The position numbers and the translations under genes were made by a program. From the NCBI GenBank assembly GCA_973895155.1, contig OZ316891.1, positions 15,903,037-15,967,036 of the forward strand: DNA of 64,000 bases, given 5' to 3'. The stretch comes from Marsupella aquatica (lineage: Eukaryota; Plantae; Marchantiophyta). Under the pieces are notes generated by a model. That model saw only the letters and a list, made by a program, of their open reading frames with translations, was not told the origin of the DNA and did no database searches. Positions within the stretch are counted from its first letter, which is position 1. Each line of letters starts with the position of its first letter. Positions 12,829 through 25,410 of this stretch are shown here, in pieces.

Positions 12829-13278
12829 CTATAAGCGATTGGTGGTTGAAGCCGTGGTTTCTGAACTGCCAATGGTTAAGTTTCTCAATTCTGATGTCAC
12901 ATGATAGACATTCAATGGATCTTCTGGTTCACTAAAGTTCCAAAAAACGATTACTCGTTCAGCGGCGATTAGCCTCCAGTAGTGACATTGTCGTTGATCG
13001 AGTTCTCGTCCCAACGTCAAGTTCCACTTTGATGACATGATTCCCCTGCAAAATTCTTCAACAGCTTCTTGAGTAGTCAACTGTCGTTGGAAAGTTTCAC
13101 CATTCATGCCGAAAAGCTGCTGCCCTGCTTCATTCCATACTCGGCAGTCTCCCTCCCTAAGGCGGATCATAAATTGGAACATGGGCTTCCCCTCTCCTAT
13201 GAGCTTGCAAATATGAGTGCCTTGATCCCTTGATTGTTCTTCTCCCATTTGCCTTTGTTGTCTTGCTTTCACCCCCAA
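12829..13278 (-). CDS. Putative OB-fold (RPA70 C-terminal-like) fragment inside the LTR-derived insertion
   Basis: FQFMIRLREGDCRVWNEAGQQLFGMNGETF resembles the RPA1 C-domain pattern (l.D.tg...fne.ae.l.G). 5' end cut by the LINE. Motif resemblance only. Confidence 0.4.
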   Translation of the reverse strand: MGVKARQQRQMGEEQSRDQGTHICKLIGEGKPMFQFMIRLREGDCRVWNEAGQQLFGMNGETFQRQLTTQEAVEEFCRGIMSSKWNLTLGRELDQRQCHYWRLIAAERVIVFWNFSEPEDPLNVYHVTSELRNLTIGSSETTASTTNRL

Positions 13279-13300
13279 AGCGCAATCTCTGCCGTCTCCT

Positions 13301-14493
13301 ATGGTAATGGTAATGGTAATGGTAATGTATTATAAGCTCCGGGACCATGAAAGTCAAAGGAGCTGCCACAAAAAGTAAAGTACAATGCAATCAAAGAAAA
13401 GAGCAACCAAAAGAGATTGCTCAGAAGAGGACAACTATGTCCTCAAAGAAACTATGGACCTAGAGAGCCCTGAAAGATTTTCCAAACCTATTCTCCTTTC
13501 CCTATCCACCGCAAAGATATATCTTCCAAGTTGCTGAGTGGCAGACCAAACAATGCATACAAATCTTTCACCAAGATTTGAGATGCCATCCTAACCCCCT
13601 CATAAAACTTGCAAGCAATGAATACATGATATTCATTCTCTATACTAGAGCTATCACATAGTTGACAAACCCTCTTTTTCCTGTAAATATCCTTTTATCT
13701 CCCTTGTTCTATTTCAAGGTGGTGTGAGCTTAGTCTATACTGAGCAATAAGTTGTCTAAGTTGTACTGAGATAGTGCTAGATAAGTATTCTTGTTCTCGA
13801 TATTTCTTCATGGGGTTCACATCTCTCATGTAGTATTGCTGCCGTGGGCTAGGTTCATGCCAAAGTTTGTGCAAAGCCTTTTGCTCAAGTTTTGCTCTTA
13901 GCTTGGTTGGGTGTGTTGGTCATTCATGTTCAGGAAAATCCCAAGCATGGGCCCACCTGCACACATCTGCATACCACCCTTTAGCTGAAGATGAGCGCAA
14001 GGCATGAAAAGGAAATCTGTTTTCCTCCAACTCTCTTACACGCATGATGTATTTGAGTGTGTGGAAGATTGCCTCCACCTCCAAAGGAAACAAGCCTGCC
14101 TCTGCAAGTGTAAGTGCATATGGGGTTTGTGACTTGATCCCAAGCTCCATCTCGAGAAATAGCTTTTGCAGCCCCTCAATCTGTTGCCACCCAGATTTAG
14201 ACACACCTGCTCCCCAAATTGGTGCTCCATAAAGAATGACTGGTTTCACCAAAGCTCCAAAGAGATGTTTCCTTAACCTCCAAGTGTGTAGACCAGCTCT
14301 TTTGCATTTGTTCATGAATGCATAAAAAGCTCTATACCCAATGCAGCCCTAGATTTTACACATGAGGCCCAACTCAAGTTTTGAGAGAACTCCACCCCAA
14401 GGTATTTGTAGGTCCTCACAAATTCCACCAGATTCCCTTGGAAGTAGAGCTCTGGATTTTGTCGTGTGCCAATGCCCAAACACTTGGTCTTCT
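13301..14493 (-). mobile_element. 5'-truncated LINE (RT C-terminus, 3' UTR, (CATTAC)n tail)
   Basis: KTKCLGIG...FVRTYKYLGVEFSQNLSW...LFGALVKPVILYGAPIWG. 3' UTR near-identical to the 678 and 1680 copies. No TSD seen. Confidence 0.88.
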
Positions 14494-14494
14494 A

Positions 14495-15960
14495 GCTAAA
14501 TACCAGTCCTCTAGCTTCCCAGCCGAGGGAGTAGTGGACAATGGATTCTTGATGAGGACGTGCCTCATCCTGGAGGTAGCAGAACGCTTGGAGTTCCAGC
14601 GGTATGCCCTCCACATGATGGAACCATGGGGCAAAATATCCGCCGCCCAGGTCATACAAGTGGAGAACTTTTGGCCTAGGAAGTGGGCGTCCTTCTTCAT
14701 TAAGAAGTTCCACGAGGAGATGGAGCATAGAAGGAAGACCTTATACCTTGGCAGAAAGGCGTACTTTGCGAGCCACATCGATATCATCATCGAGTGGTAT
14801 GCCCGTTTTGACCGCCAAAGCCTTCCCCGTAGCAACGAGATGGAATTGACTCCGTCAAAGTGGGTGTTCCCGGCTCAAGAGAGGCGACCACAGCCCGAGG
14901 CCCAAAACCTGGCTATCGCAAGACCTACTTCCCCGACCCCGCCACCACCTGCTACCGCCCCGCCAAGCATACCCATGGACGCAGTTATAGCGACCTTGGA
15001 AGCAATCAACCAGGTCAACGCAATCAAAGTCGGGCCAGCTGAGGCCAGACCCAAGCCCAATACTATGGTGGCCGAGGAAATCCCGTCACCTCCCACGATT
15101 GTGCAGGAGGACCACCCAGCCCCAGTGGAACCAGCCCCTTTGACTGACTTACCTCAAGGGCTGGATGTTTCCACTCCTACTCCCTCGCGGGCTGGGTCTG
15201 CCCATGCCCAAATCCAGATGGGCATAGTCTGGATCACCCAGAACTCTTTGCGCCGGGCACGTTTCTGAACGGGTTGTTGGGAGATTTCTCTCAACAAATC
15301 GCACAGGATACCAGAGAATACATGGCACGGAAGGTGGCCTACTTCTTCAACCAGGAGTTGGTTGCGGCTGTAAAGGCAGGACATGCGCAAGCTAAGACGG
15401 CACAGAGAATAGAGCGGTACCGAGTTGAATCTGTCTACCTGAAGGACAAAGTGGCAGCCCTGGAGACTGAACTCCAGCAACTGCAACGTCAAGTAAGGGC
15501 CACGGAGGATCAGGTTGCCGAGGCCAGGGCCCGGGCAGCCTTAGCAGAGCAAGGTGGGCTTGGAAAGGACTCTGAGATTGCACAGCTCGGGACCAAGATT
15601 GACGGTTTGAAGGGACAAGTCGTCATTTGGCAGAAAGATCTGGAGGAAGTTGACTCTCAATCTCAGCGGGACGCAGTCAAGATTGACACCCTGAAGACAG
15701 AGGTGGCGCGGCTTCAAGGAGAAGCCACGAAGTAGGCCTAGTTGGAAGATAAGCTGACAAGCAACGTCCAACAACTGGAGGAGGCATGTCAGGAGGCCGC
15801 GGGAGAGACGGACGTGGCAAAGCGTGAGAACAAATTCTGCTGGACCAGGTCTAGCTACTCAAGCAAGATGTCGACAGGCTCAGGAGGCAGTGGGATAGTC
15901 ACTCCCACTTGGGCGGCTCTGGCAAGCGTGCCAGGCATTAGTGGCAGAGTAGGATTAAAA
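14495..15960 (+). pseudogene. Retroelement accessory ORF (Pro-rich linker plus long coiled coil)
   Basis: In-frame ORFs 14381-15268, 15274-15735 and 15742-15963 separated by single stops. Heptad-rich coiled coil like accessory ORFs of Athila/Tat-type gypsy elements. Confidence 0.55.
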
Positions 15961-18900
15961 TAGAGTTAGGAGTAGCTAAATTGGGCTATAGGGACAAGCG
16001 CCTGCCTAGTTAAAGCGGTGTTGCCATACTGTCCAGCCTACGTAGATTAGAATCTCCTAGAAGACAAGCCGTTTTCCAGCCTGACAGCCAGCTTAGTTAG
16101 GATCTTAGTTAGTGAATATTTGGGCTCGAGGCCACTCCGATCCTCGGCCCTTAGTATTTAGTGTACCCCTCGGTAGAGGCAGGAGGGGGGGTTTTTAGTC
16201 TCAGAGTTGGACATCCGCGGCATGTGCGGGGAGTCCTGACCTCTGTGAGTGAAAGAGTACCAAGGGGACGGGGTAGGACTAAGCTCACTGGGCAAGTGCG
16301 GAGCCAGGCTCTGTTGTAGTGTAAACCCTTGGCCTTGGACCTATTCATTCAGGAGTTTTCGGGTCAACCAAGTGTACGTGTATGTCCCCTATGTAGTAAA
16401 ATCCTTTCCCATTATTTCCTTCGTGTAAATCGAGATTGTATGCTTGTGTGTGTGCATATGTGTGAATCTTGTGTATGGGTGCCAACGCTTGGCCGAACGC
16501 ACTACCCGAGCCGTGCACGGGGTGCAACTTGCAGGTAAGTGGTTGCGAGCCCGGGTTGAGTAATCATATCATCAAATTCGGATCAAAGGCGCTTAACACA
16601 AAGGCTTAGAAGCCCGTAAGCCGGGGTCGATCCCGCTATCGACTAAGATACATTCCGGCGGTGAAACACAAACCATACCTAGGAGGTGTCCGTAAATAAT
16701 AGTAGACGCACATAGCGCTAGTTTACGTGAGTCCCGCATTCTGTGCTTCCCTCCCTGCCCGAACCCTCATATTTATGAAGGATGTGCCTGTCTAAGCCAA
16801 AGCCCGGGTTAAGGCCTAGGCTGACAACGTGACAGGCAGCCCTCCTACCCTAGGAAGATCGAACATTGCGCAAGCTTTTGGTTGGAGAAAGTATAAGTCT
16901 TTTCCCGGTACGTAATAAACATTCCCTCGGGTGACACTTACCTTCGTGATTCGTGAGCAGATTTCTCCTGCTTGAGATGTTGATAGATAGCGGTACATTT
17001 GGACCAAGCCGTAAATCCTGGCTCTATTAAGTACCGGTCAACTCTCCTCAATACATTGGACCTCCGTAATGGAGTTGCGGATCATTCTTCTCTTTGGCCG
17101 ACAGGGCTCCCTTCTTGTTCTTGGCCGGGGGGACCTCTGCTCTCCGTGGTCTGCCGTTTCCATTTTTGCTTGATGTAAGTGAGGAGTGAGTGGATGGTGC
17201 TTGTGATCGCCAAGTGTTCTCATAAGGGGGGGGGGGGGGGTTTGTCGAGTGTTCTAATGCGTTGTGAGACGTAAACTAGCCCGCCTTCCTGTCTTAAGCT
17301 CAAATGTGGAGCCTCTTTGGTTCATGGATGTCCGGGAGGGTGGGACGGTCGTTGTCTCATAATTGTGAAGTGCCTCGATTCAGCGGCTCAATTCTGACGA
17401 TCCTAATCATGACATTATTCTAGTGGCGCTCATGATTGTCCTTTTACTCATGACTTGGTAAAGGTACGGTACCTATCGTGATTGTGTACGTAGCTAGTTC
17501 CTTCGTTTGGCGGCGGTATCTTAAGTGCATATTATGGCTATCCTAACCGTATTAGGGTAATAATGGTGCTTTACTGAAAGAGACAAAAAAGATGGGGTCC
17601 GCACAAAGATTTGCAGGTTTGTGAAGAGAGAGCCATTCAGTTGAATATGCCGTGGTCTGATGTTGAGAGGAAAAGGCTTCATGATGAAAAGTTTGCCTTG
17701 CAGCTCAAAGAACAATCTGTCCGCAACAGTAAACTAGCAATTGTTTTGAATCCAGAATACAGAAGTTTTTTTGCCAAATGTTCAAAGTTGTATGAGTATT
17801 GCGAAAGGGAGAAGAGAGAAGGACGTCAACATTGGGATGTGGATTGGATTGGGCTCCAAATGTACACTGCTGTCTCAACTTTAGATCCACTTCTTCAATG
17901 TCAATCGATTGAGGCACAGTGTGAGCCAGAATTGAGGAAGCAATGGTTTCATCCAACGGGATTTTCCGAGAATGAGACCAAGCAGTGGTGTGCCACACAT
18001 GGTCCATGTGGTCATTGGTTGAATCCATTTCTAACCATTTGTTGATAGCCTGTTTGGATGAGATTGGATTAAGTGCTCCTCAGGATTGTTTAGAGTCAAC
18101 ACCTCAAAAAGATCTTGAATCTCTGAAGGAGCAGATCCTCGATGATTTCAAGGATTATGCATTTTGTGTGAGATCCAAGTCAAGTGACAAATTTGATGTT
18201 GATGTAATTCGTCAAAGGGCAAAGCGATATGTTTATCGTTTCTTTGTGGATCAAGAAATTAGTAGTGATTCGTATTTTTGGTGTTACCCCCTTTGTTTTG
18301 CTGGATGGGCAAGCGTTGGGCTAGATGCGGACGGGAATGTTACATATCCTCACTTTTCAATGTATCTTGCGGATGCTTCTCACCCCAAAAGAGACCTTAT
18401 TGCTTGGGAAGTTTTTAATTGTCCCTGGTACCTCGATAGTGATCAGTGGTCAACTGCTTTTGACCAAACGAAAAGATTGGCGTACACCAAGATTGTGAAG
18501 GGCAAGGAGCCCAAGTATATTTTGTCTATGAGATCAAATTTGGTCCAGTGGAGAAGGAAGAAAGGGCTTGTGCCTTGATGGAGGACGTATGTTTGAGGCA
18601 AGGTGTGAGTGTCGATCGCACTCAAAAGTCAAGAGTGAAAGTCGGGGTTCCTGAAAAGGCAGAGTCTCAAATGGTTTTTGCTTCTCAGTAGTCTCTCAGA
18701 ACAAGTAAGTATTGCTAGCGAACCTCGCTATCAAAATAAGTTATATTTGAATAATGTATTCCTGAAGTTTACATTCTGACCTCCCGGTGCTTTTTCAAAA
18801 AAGAGGCGCTCGTTGAGTTCACACAATCAATCGGGAGAGGAAGCCAGTCCAGACACTGATGAGGACGCATCTCCTGAGGAAACTAGTAAGAAAAGAAAGT

Positions 18901-19493
18901 CAAAGAAGGTGGCAGATTTGGGGAGCTCCAAGAAAACAAAGAAGAAACGTAATTTTGCTGACTTGGATGAGGAGGCCAAATTTGATTCAAGATTAAACTC
19001 TGGTTTGGAGAGGAAAGGAATAGAGTTTATTGCAGGGGATAATTGACATATTTTTCTCCAGTCAAGTTTGCTTGACTTGGCCAACTCAATTGTCAATCAA
19101 AGGAAGAAACCATCATGGGTTAGAGAGTGTGACATTTGGATGAAGAGTCTCTTGTCGAGAGGCCTTAGGGAATGTCCTATAGTTTTGGACAAAAAGTACC
19201 TTCCGGGAATAGGTTTTGATTTAGGTTTTGTCTATCTTCCTACTGGACTCTGTCCCCTCATTATTGACAAAACGGTTCCAGAGTGGAACATTTGGGACAA
19301 ATCCCTCCTAGCACATTTTTTCAATATCTACAAACAGTATCTTGCTGATAATGGATTCCTTGTTGTTCTTCATAGTCAGATTTTAATCACACCTCAGCCG
19401 TATATAGTGCAGCTCAAGCTCGTGGTTTTTTCAAGCATGCACAGTCGTACTCAATTTTGCTTCCAGCTCCTTTATGGAAACAAGGTTGGGATC

Positions 19494-19940
19494 AGTTCCT
19501 CCTTTGGGTCCTGACCCTCTTCCTCCAATTCAGCCTCTGAACCGTCGCCGCTTCCATCCGAGTCGAAGGTGTCATCATCCAACCCATCCTCTGAAGGATT
19601 GGCCACCTCCTTCCCTTTAAGTTGACAACGCTCTGCACTTGACGTGTTTGCTGCGGCGGTCGATGGTTTGGCCGCCAGGTCTTTGTTGTCCTACTTGTAA
19701 CGTTCGTCTAGGGAAGTTGATCGGTCCTCCTTCTGTTCTTCTTGAACTTGGGCTCTCCCCTTGGCGGGCCACTCTTTGATCAAGTGTTTTTTGCCATGTC
19801 CCCAACAACCAAATCTGCCCGCAGTCGACCCACCAGGCATGTTGAAGTACTAAGTCCCCACAAAAATCCATTAAGATTTTTGGATTCCGACTTAGCACAA
19901 CCCCGGCCCGGTGTCTATGCCAGCAATTGCTTTGATACCA
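19494..19940 (-). mobile_element. PBS and truncated gag start of an LTR retrotransposon
   Basis: GCTTTGATACCA (19929-19940) is TGGTATCAAAGC, a tRNA-iMet PBS, on the minus strand, 2 nt from the LTR end. Downstream reads MAKTLDQRVARQG. Confidence 0.65.
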
Positions 19941-20266
19941 CAAGTGGTGGACCTTGCCACCTAGCGCCCTCACCAATCCCAGCACCCACGCCTAAGTGCC
20001 CTTGGCAGCTCGCGAACGGCAAGAGCTCGCTTGACTGTGGGAACTGCAAAAGTCTGCCTTCCTAGGAGGAGAACTTATCAAGGCCAAGTTCTTGTGGACT
20101 TCTACTGCCAATCAGCTTGACAACCTTCTGTTCTGTGAGAACACTGTTCTGTGAGAACAGAATTATCGGCATCCGGGAAGCCATCAACCGCTGCAACGAC
20201 ATACATTGGGACCTAAAGGGTAGCACAAAGGTGTGGACAAAGGCAACCGTGCGCGGAGAAACATCC

Positions 20267-23196
20267 ATGGCAGCCGCCATGAAGAGGAAGGGGCCCAACA
20301 ACAAAGAGGCCACCCCCGCGAAGAGAACGAGGTCGGCGGCACCAAGGAAGCCAGCCGAGCAAGGGAGGAGGAGGTAGGGGGAAGCCGAAGAAGAGGAGGT
20401 TGACCCAATCAATGTCGTTCCAACGAAGGATGACACCTGGAGGGGCTGGGCATTGACCCTCCCAGAGGAAGTGCAATTATACTTTGCATGAGAGGAGGAT
20501 GCATGCTTTACAGCTATGCAGACTTGGAAGTACCAAGGCTTCATGGCCGGATCCGGCTTGGAAGCCTTTGTGAAATTACCGTGGCTGAAGCCGGAGGTGC
20601 TGGATTCTGACTTATTAGAATTTGTGGGATCATGGGATCCCAAGACAAATTCCACAAGGTGTATGGGAAGGATTTCTATCTCACTCCCTAGGTGATTGCC
20701 GAAGTGTTTGGCTTGCCGATGGGCAATAAGACCAAAGTAGATACCCGAAAGACCTAGCCAGACAAGGAGTTCAGATCGTTTCCAAGGCCATCAACGAAGA
20801 ATGGCTTCTTCCGGAACACCTGCACCAACCCGCACATTGGTGAGATGATCGATTTCTTGCGGGTAACCATGCACTACAACTTGCCGAGACCAGAGATCAG
20901 CAAGGCAAAGGTCTACCTAGCGGAGAGGCCAAATCCAAGCCGGGACTACAACGGGTACCTCCTCACCCAACTAAAGAAGATCTTGAAGGAGAAACAACAA
21001 GTAATCGGCCAGGGAAGCGTATCTTGGCTTGGCTATCACATACCGTTGTTGAGCCGGTATGCCCGGAGTCAGATCTTTGCCCCAGTACTTCCCCTACAGG
21101 CAAGGGCACCAGAGGAGGTTCCGGAACAAAGGCCGGCAGTAGAGAAACTCAACCAACCCAACAATCCTACAATCAAGCAAGTGTTTAGGCCAAGGATGGA
21201 AAACTTGCCGATGCAGCAACCAGGCATGCAGAATCTTCCAAAATTGTTGGAGAAGGAAAAGAAGGTTGTGGCGGCAACGACACCGGTACAGGATACTGCT
21301 CAAGAGGCAGGCCTAAGCCCACTCACAAGGGAAAACCCCTTTACCGGAGCCAAGGAAAGAAGGAGGCCAGAACACGAGCTGGGGGTTCCGATGTATGTGG
21401 GAGCCGCGAGTCTAGAAACCGAGGGAGAGCAGCCCAAAGCTCCTGGTCACGATGAAGAGAAGGAGAGGACAGCCTGGAAGCCGGAGGAGGAACCACGACC
21501 CGTGAGATGTGTTTGGCAAGAGGCCGTGTTTGCAGCAAGATCAAGAGAGGAGCGGGGGGAGCCGGTAGTCCAAGCCAAGAGGGAGGTGGTGGAGGACTAT
21601 GGCAATGATGACTCCGGCTACGGGTCGGACCATCATGTCCCAGGAGTGAGGACATGTGGCCATTTTGTCCCCATGCTTCCTAGAGTAGTTCGAGGGGACC
21701 CCAACCAGCAAAGCAGCCCCAAGTCTCCCCCACCAGATGTCGCTCCCCCGAGATTTGACGGGATAAAATAGACGACATAGGAGCTGCAGGAGCAACTCAA
21801 GGAAGAAGAGGAGGCAGCCCTGGCCAAGGAGAAGGATTTACCTGGGGGAGAATGGCCAGAGGACATTTGACGGCTTGCAGAAAAACAAAGCAGCCCTCCA
21901 CCGACGTTAGAAGAGATCCGAAAGACGGCTTGGGAACAAAGGCCGCGGTGGGTGATGCCGATGACTACTACTCACTCCACATATGTGCAAGACAGAGCCA
22001 TGGAGTACGGGGAGATGTGTGGGGAACTTGCGCTCAGCATCTTTGGGGAGGAGTTGGAGCAGGGACCTTTTTTCCAGAGGGAGATGTTGGAAAAAAGCCA
22101 ATTGGAGGAAGCGGTGGCTTTGGAGAGGATGAAGAAGGACAAGGTCATCGAACGGCTTAGGGAGAAGGAAGCCAAGGCAGAAGACCTGAAGGCGGCCAAG
22201 AAAGCCCAAGATGAGTTGCGGATTAAGCGGCATGAGCTCAACATCATGCAGGGGCAACTGGATATCGCTAAGTCTGATAATCAGATTATCAAGGATAAAT
22301 TGACTCAGACCCAAGGGGAGTTGGCCGACACGGTTAAGGAAAATGAGAAATGGAAGCGGGATTTGAAGGACGCAAAGGAGGTCCACATAGCAACCAGCAA
22401 TCGGGCCATGGCGAAAACATAGAGGAAGGAGAGGGTGCTGAAGGGGGAGCTCAAGGATCTCCGCGGAGCCCTTGAGCAGAAGGAGGCCAAGTTAGGGAAA
22501 TCCTATCAAGGGATTGTTGTGCTACAACAGGAGCTTGCATCCTTGACGGCCAGCTTCAAGGCCGACCTGCGTGAGAAGGACAATATGCTCGATCAAACTT
22601 AAGCCAAGATGAAGCAGATGGAGTTTGAGGTCATCCGAGAGCTCAACAAGGAGCTGAGAGCAACCCAAGGAGAGAGGATTGCCTTACAGAAGGAATTGGA
22701 GGAAGTACAGAAGGAGCTAGAGAAGGCGCGCGGGGACCTGGACAAAACATAGGAGGAGTTGGAGGAAAGCACGCGGAAGTTGGAGAACTTACAACGGCAA
22801 GCCGACAACCAAACGGAGCGGCTGAAGAAACAAGCCGCAGTATTTAAGTGCTTGGCCTAATCAGTTCAAGCTCCAATTGTGGCAACAAGGTTGCCAGGGT
22901 TAGTACTAGCCGAGGGACAAGCCACGGCACTCGCACCGATGCCGGATGTAAGTGACAAGGGGAAAGGACCAGTTGCCAAACAAGGAAAGAAGAAGAAGCG
23001 GAAACCTTTCGGGTCAGGGAGCAACGTGGCTTCTCAGGCCACCATGACCAAAGAGGAGAACATGGCACCGGCCTCAGGCAAGGTCATGGCAGAGGATTCG
23101 ACTATCCTAGAAGGCGGGGATGGCAAGGCCGAGGCCAGGACGATCATTGATGAAACCATGGTAGCGGATCCATCACTAGAGCAAGCAAGGGTTTAG
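20267..23196 (+). pseudogene. Decayed retroelement accessory ORF (acidic N-terminus, long coiled coil)
   Basis: Successive ORFs 20117-20377, 20845-21771, 21952-22422 and 22879-23196 broken by stops; K/E/Q-rich heptads. Confidence 0.55.
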
Positions 23197-23328
23197 GGTT
23201 TAGGGTTTAGGCCGTAGCCGGAGCTGAGGCTGTAGCCAGAGTTGAGGCCATAGCCAGAGCTGAGGCCGTAGCCGGAGCTGAGGCCGTAGCCGGAGCTGAG
23301 GCCGTAGCCAGAGCTGAGGCCGAAGCCG
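23188..23328 (+). repeat. Telomere-like (TTTAGGG)x3 followed by about six 18-bp tandem units GCCGTAGCCRGAGCTGAG
   Basis: Read directly at 23188-23211 and 23211-23328. Confidence 0.9.
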
Positions 23329-25169
23329 AGGGTGGACCCGGTCAGGCTGCGGGAGAGTTGACTCGGTCTGGGGCAGGTAATATGTCAAAAGACGGACCTA
23401 CAGCAGTGGTTGTGGAGGAAACATTGGGGGCGTCCATTGAGGATCAGCCACCGCTACCATGACGGTGGTGGAGGGCCGCTCCTTTTAAGGAGGACAGAGT
23501 GGAGGGAGGAGGCATGAGTGGGCAAGGCGGGCAAGTTTAGAATTAGGATAAAGACCAAGAGATGGCCTTGACACTTAGATTAGTGGGATTGCGGATCCAC
23601 TGGTAAGAGCAACACTTGTGTTCTTGCCTCGTTGTACATAGGTAAATTACAGTTAGGATAGATTAGGCTTACGCTGCAAGGAATTAGGCGGATCCATTGC
23701 CAGGATAAGTTCCTGGGCAACGGGGAGTTCAGGGCCTTCTTCTTTAGCAAGTTTTTAGTGCACCAGTAGGGTTGGGATCAAGTAGTAAAAGAAGCTCTCA
23801 GTTAGTTCTACAGTGACACTTTGTGTATATTCATGTTTCCTCATGCCTAAGAGCTGAATAGAGTTGGAATCACGGCTTAGTTCGCAGATCTTGTGTATGA
23901 GAAGTACTGTTTGTATGGCAAGTGCATGGTATAACTCAATCAGAAGGAGTCATTTTGCTATTTGTGTGTTGCATTAACTTGTTTGAAGATTGCCCACATC
24001 AACCAAGAGAGAAGGGAAGTAAGCAAGGTAGTAAGAGTTGGATGTGTCGAGCTGAGAGAGGTCTTAGCGGCTAACCCAAGCCAATTGGGGATCATTCTGA
24101 CGGCGAAATCCAAACATACCTAAAGGAAGACCAGGAGAGGAAGACAAGGGAAGGCATAAAATAGGTCGGCTATTTATCTCATGACCCGATGAAGGATCTG
24201 TCCAGTATATGTGTGTAAAATGTTAGTAGAAGAGATTTAGTAGCGTCCCATGCTGATAAGCCGTGGAACCGGCCTCGCTAAGAGCGAAACCTACGGGAAT
24301 CGGCTTGTGCAGGGGGTTTCTTGGGTTTAGGGAGCCATGGGACGCACCACACTAAGTCCTCCCCGGATGGCCTATCCGGGCTTGGACCATAAGGGAGCTC
24401 GGCGTCGGAGTCAATGACGCCGGAGCTAAGTGTCAAGGTAGTCGAGTTCCGCGACTCAAGGCCATCGTTGGTGTAAAGTAGGTGTAAGCGGTGACCAGGT
24501 TACATTGTAACCTTTCATGCCCCTTATGGAGATTCCACGTGTCACCAGGGCGCCTATCCTCATAAGACTCACGTTCTTATGAAGAATTGACAAGATCATC
24601 AATTTTTGTAGCCATTTTCCCCTCTCCTGAATTTGATCTGAAATGACAGCATTCTCTACTGGATTCGAACGGCAACAGGTCAGCCAATAGCCCAGCCAAG
24701 TTTGTAGCTGCCTTCTCAATCCACCTCCATAACCTCTAGCATTGCAGGTGGTTCAAAATTGCAGCCACAATTTTGCAGTAGCCATAGCTTCTATCAACTT
24801 GTAGCTCTTCCAGTCCTCTTCTTGCATAGTTTCAATTCACAGCAGCATGGATCTTGTTTAGTACTAGTGTTGGCTTTCTGATGGCACTCATTTTTGGCTG
24901 TCTTGGTAAGGGTTTTCTCTGCCCTGTCTTTTGCCTCTTGTTCTTAGAGCTTTTGTCTCTTAGATGGGCCTATGTGTTGGCTGCTTTTGGCCCCCCTTCC
25001 CGTGGGTTTTTGTGGGTTTTATTGAATTTTTAATTTTTTTTAAATAGCAACACGTGTTCCAATGCAAGGTGCTCAAAACCTTGCACCTATATGTATATTT
25101 TGTTGGCTGGGCAAAGGATGTCTTGGTGTAGGTTCTCACTCATCCAAATGAATGGAGAGTGAGCTTGGC

Positions 25170-25410
25170 CGCCACAATAGTGGCCATGGGCAGGGAGTTG
25201 GAAGCGGCCGGCTCCTTCTCCACCTTAGACATGAATTCTTGATAGATGGGATGACTAATGTCTGGGATGCAATGTTGCCTGACAATTGAGCAGATGGCTC
25301 AACTAGATTCCTTTGTGGTGGTGAGCCACTACGTTTTGATGTTACCAAATGATGCAACAATATATGCGCTCAGCTTGGAAGACAAAGTGGTGCTAGAAGG
25401 TGATAGCTGT
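25170..25410 (+). pseudogene. Possible chromovirus integrase/chromodomain C-terminal relic
   Basis: LPNDATI...LEDKVVLEGDS resembles the LEDKV.L.G ending of Reina-type gypsy polyproteins. Very degenerate. Confidence 0.3.

Larger units (their letters stand above)
10941..17605. mobile_element. LTR-retrotransposon-derived insertion (TG...CA) with 5-bp TSD
   Basis: AAGAT at 10936-10940 and 17606-17610. Removing the insert restores the frame (AAGLED-LQVCEE). No gag/pol and no paired LTR seen inside. Confidence 0.8.
10063..19493 (+). pseudogene. ParB-like / DNA-methyltransferase-fold fusion gene, copy 1 (split by 10941-17605 insertion, 3'-truncated)
   Basis: Exon 10063-10625 (PPRIPLCRL, VFDGNHRL at 10477); GT-AG intron 10626-10705; exon continues 10706-10940 and 17611 to about 18704; then about 18805-19493 (GFDLGFVYLPTGL, YLADNGFLVVLH). 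Colinear with 49387-53587. Confidence 0.8.
19943..24456 (-). mobile_element. AGT...ACT-family LTR, 4.5 kb, enclosing an antisense coding region
   Basis: First ~63 bp and last ~105 bp match the ends of solo LTRs 38928-40410 and 46080-47539. PBS adjacent. Confidence 0.65.

Noticed and set aside
14381-15268. 295-aa ORF as one real gene
   Set aside because: Its first ~38 codons are the antisense strand of the LINE RT (YKYLG region), so it is a chimeric frame.
17226-17605. Poly-G as PPT followed by a 360-bp 3' LTR
   Set aside because: No matching 5' LTR at 10941 beyond TGTCG, so it cannot be confirmed.
23200-23388. LRPQ-repeat ORF
   Set aside because: Just the antisense translation of the 18-bp minisatellite.
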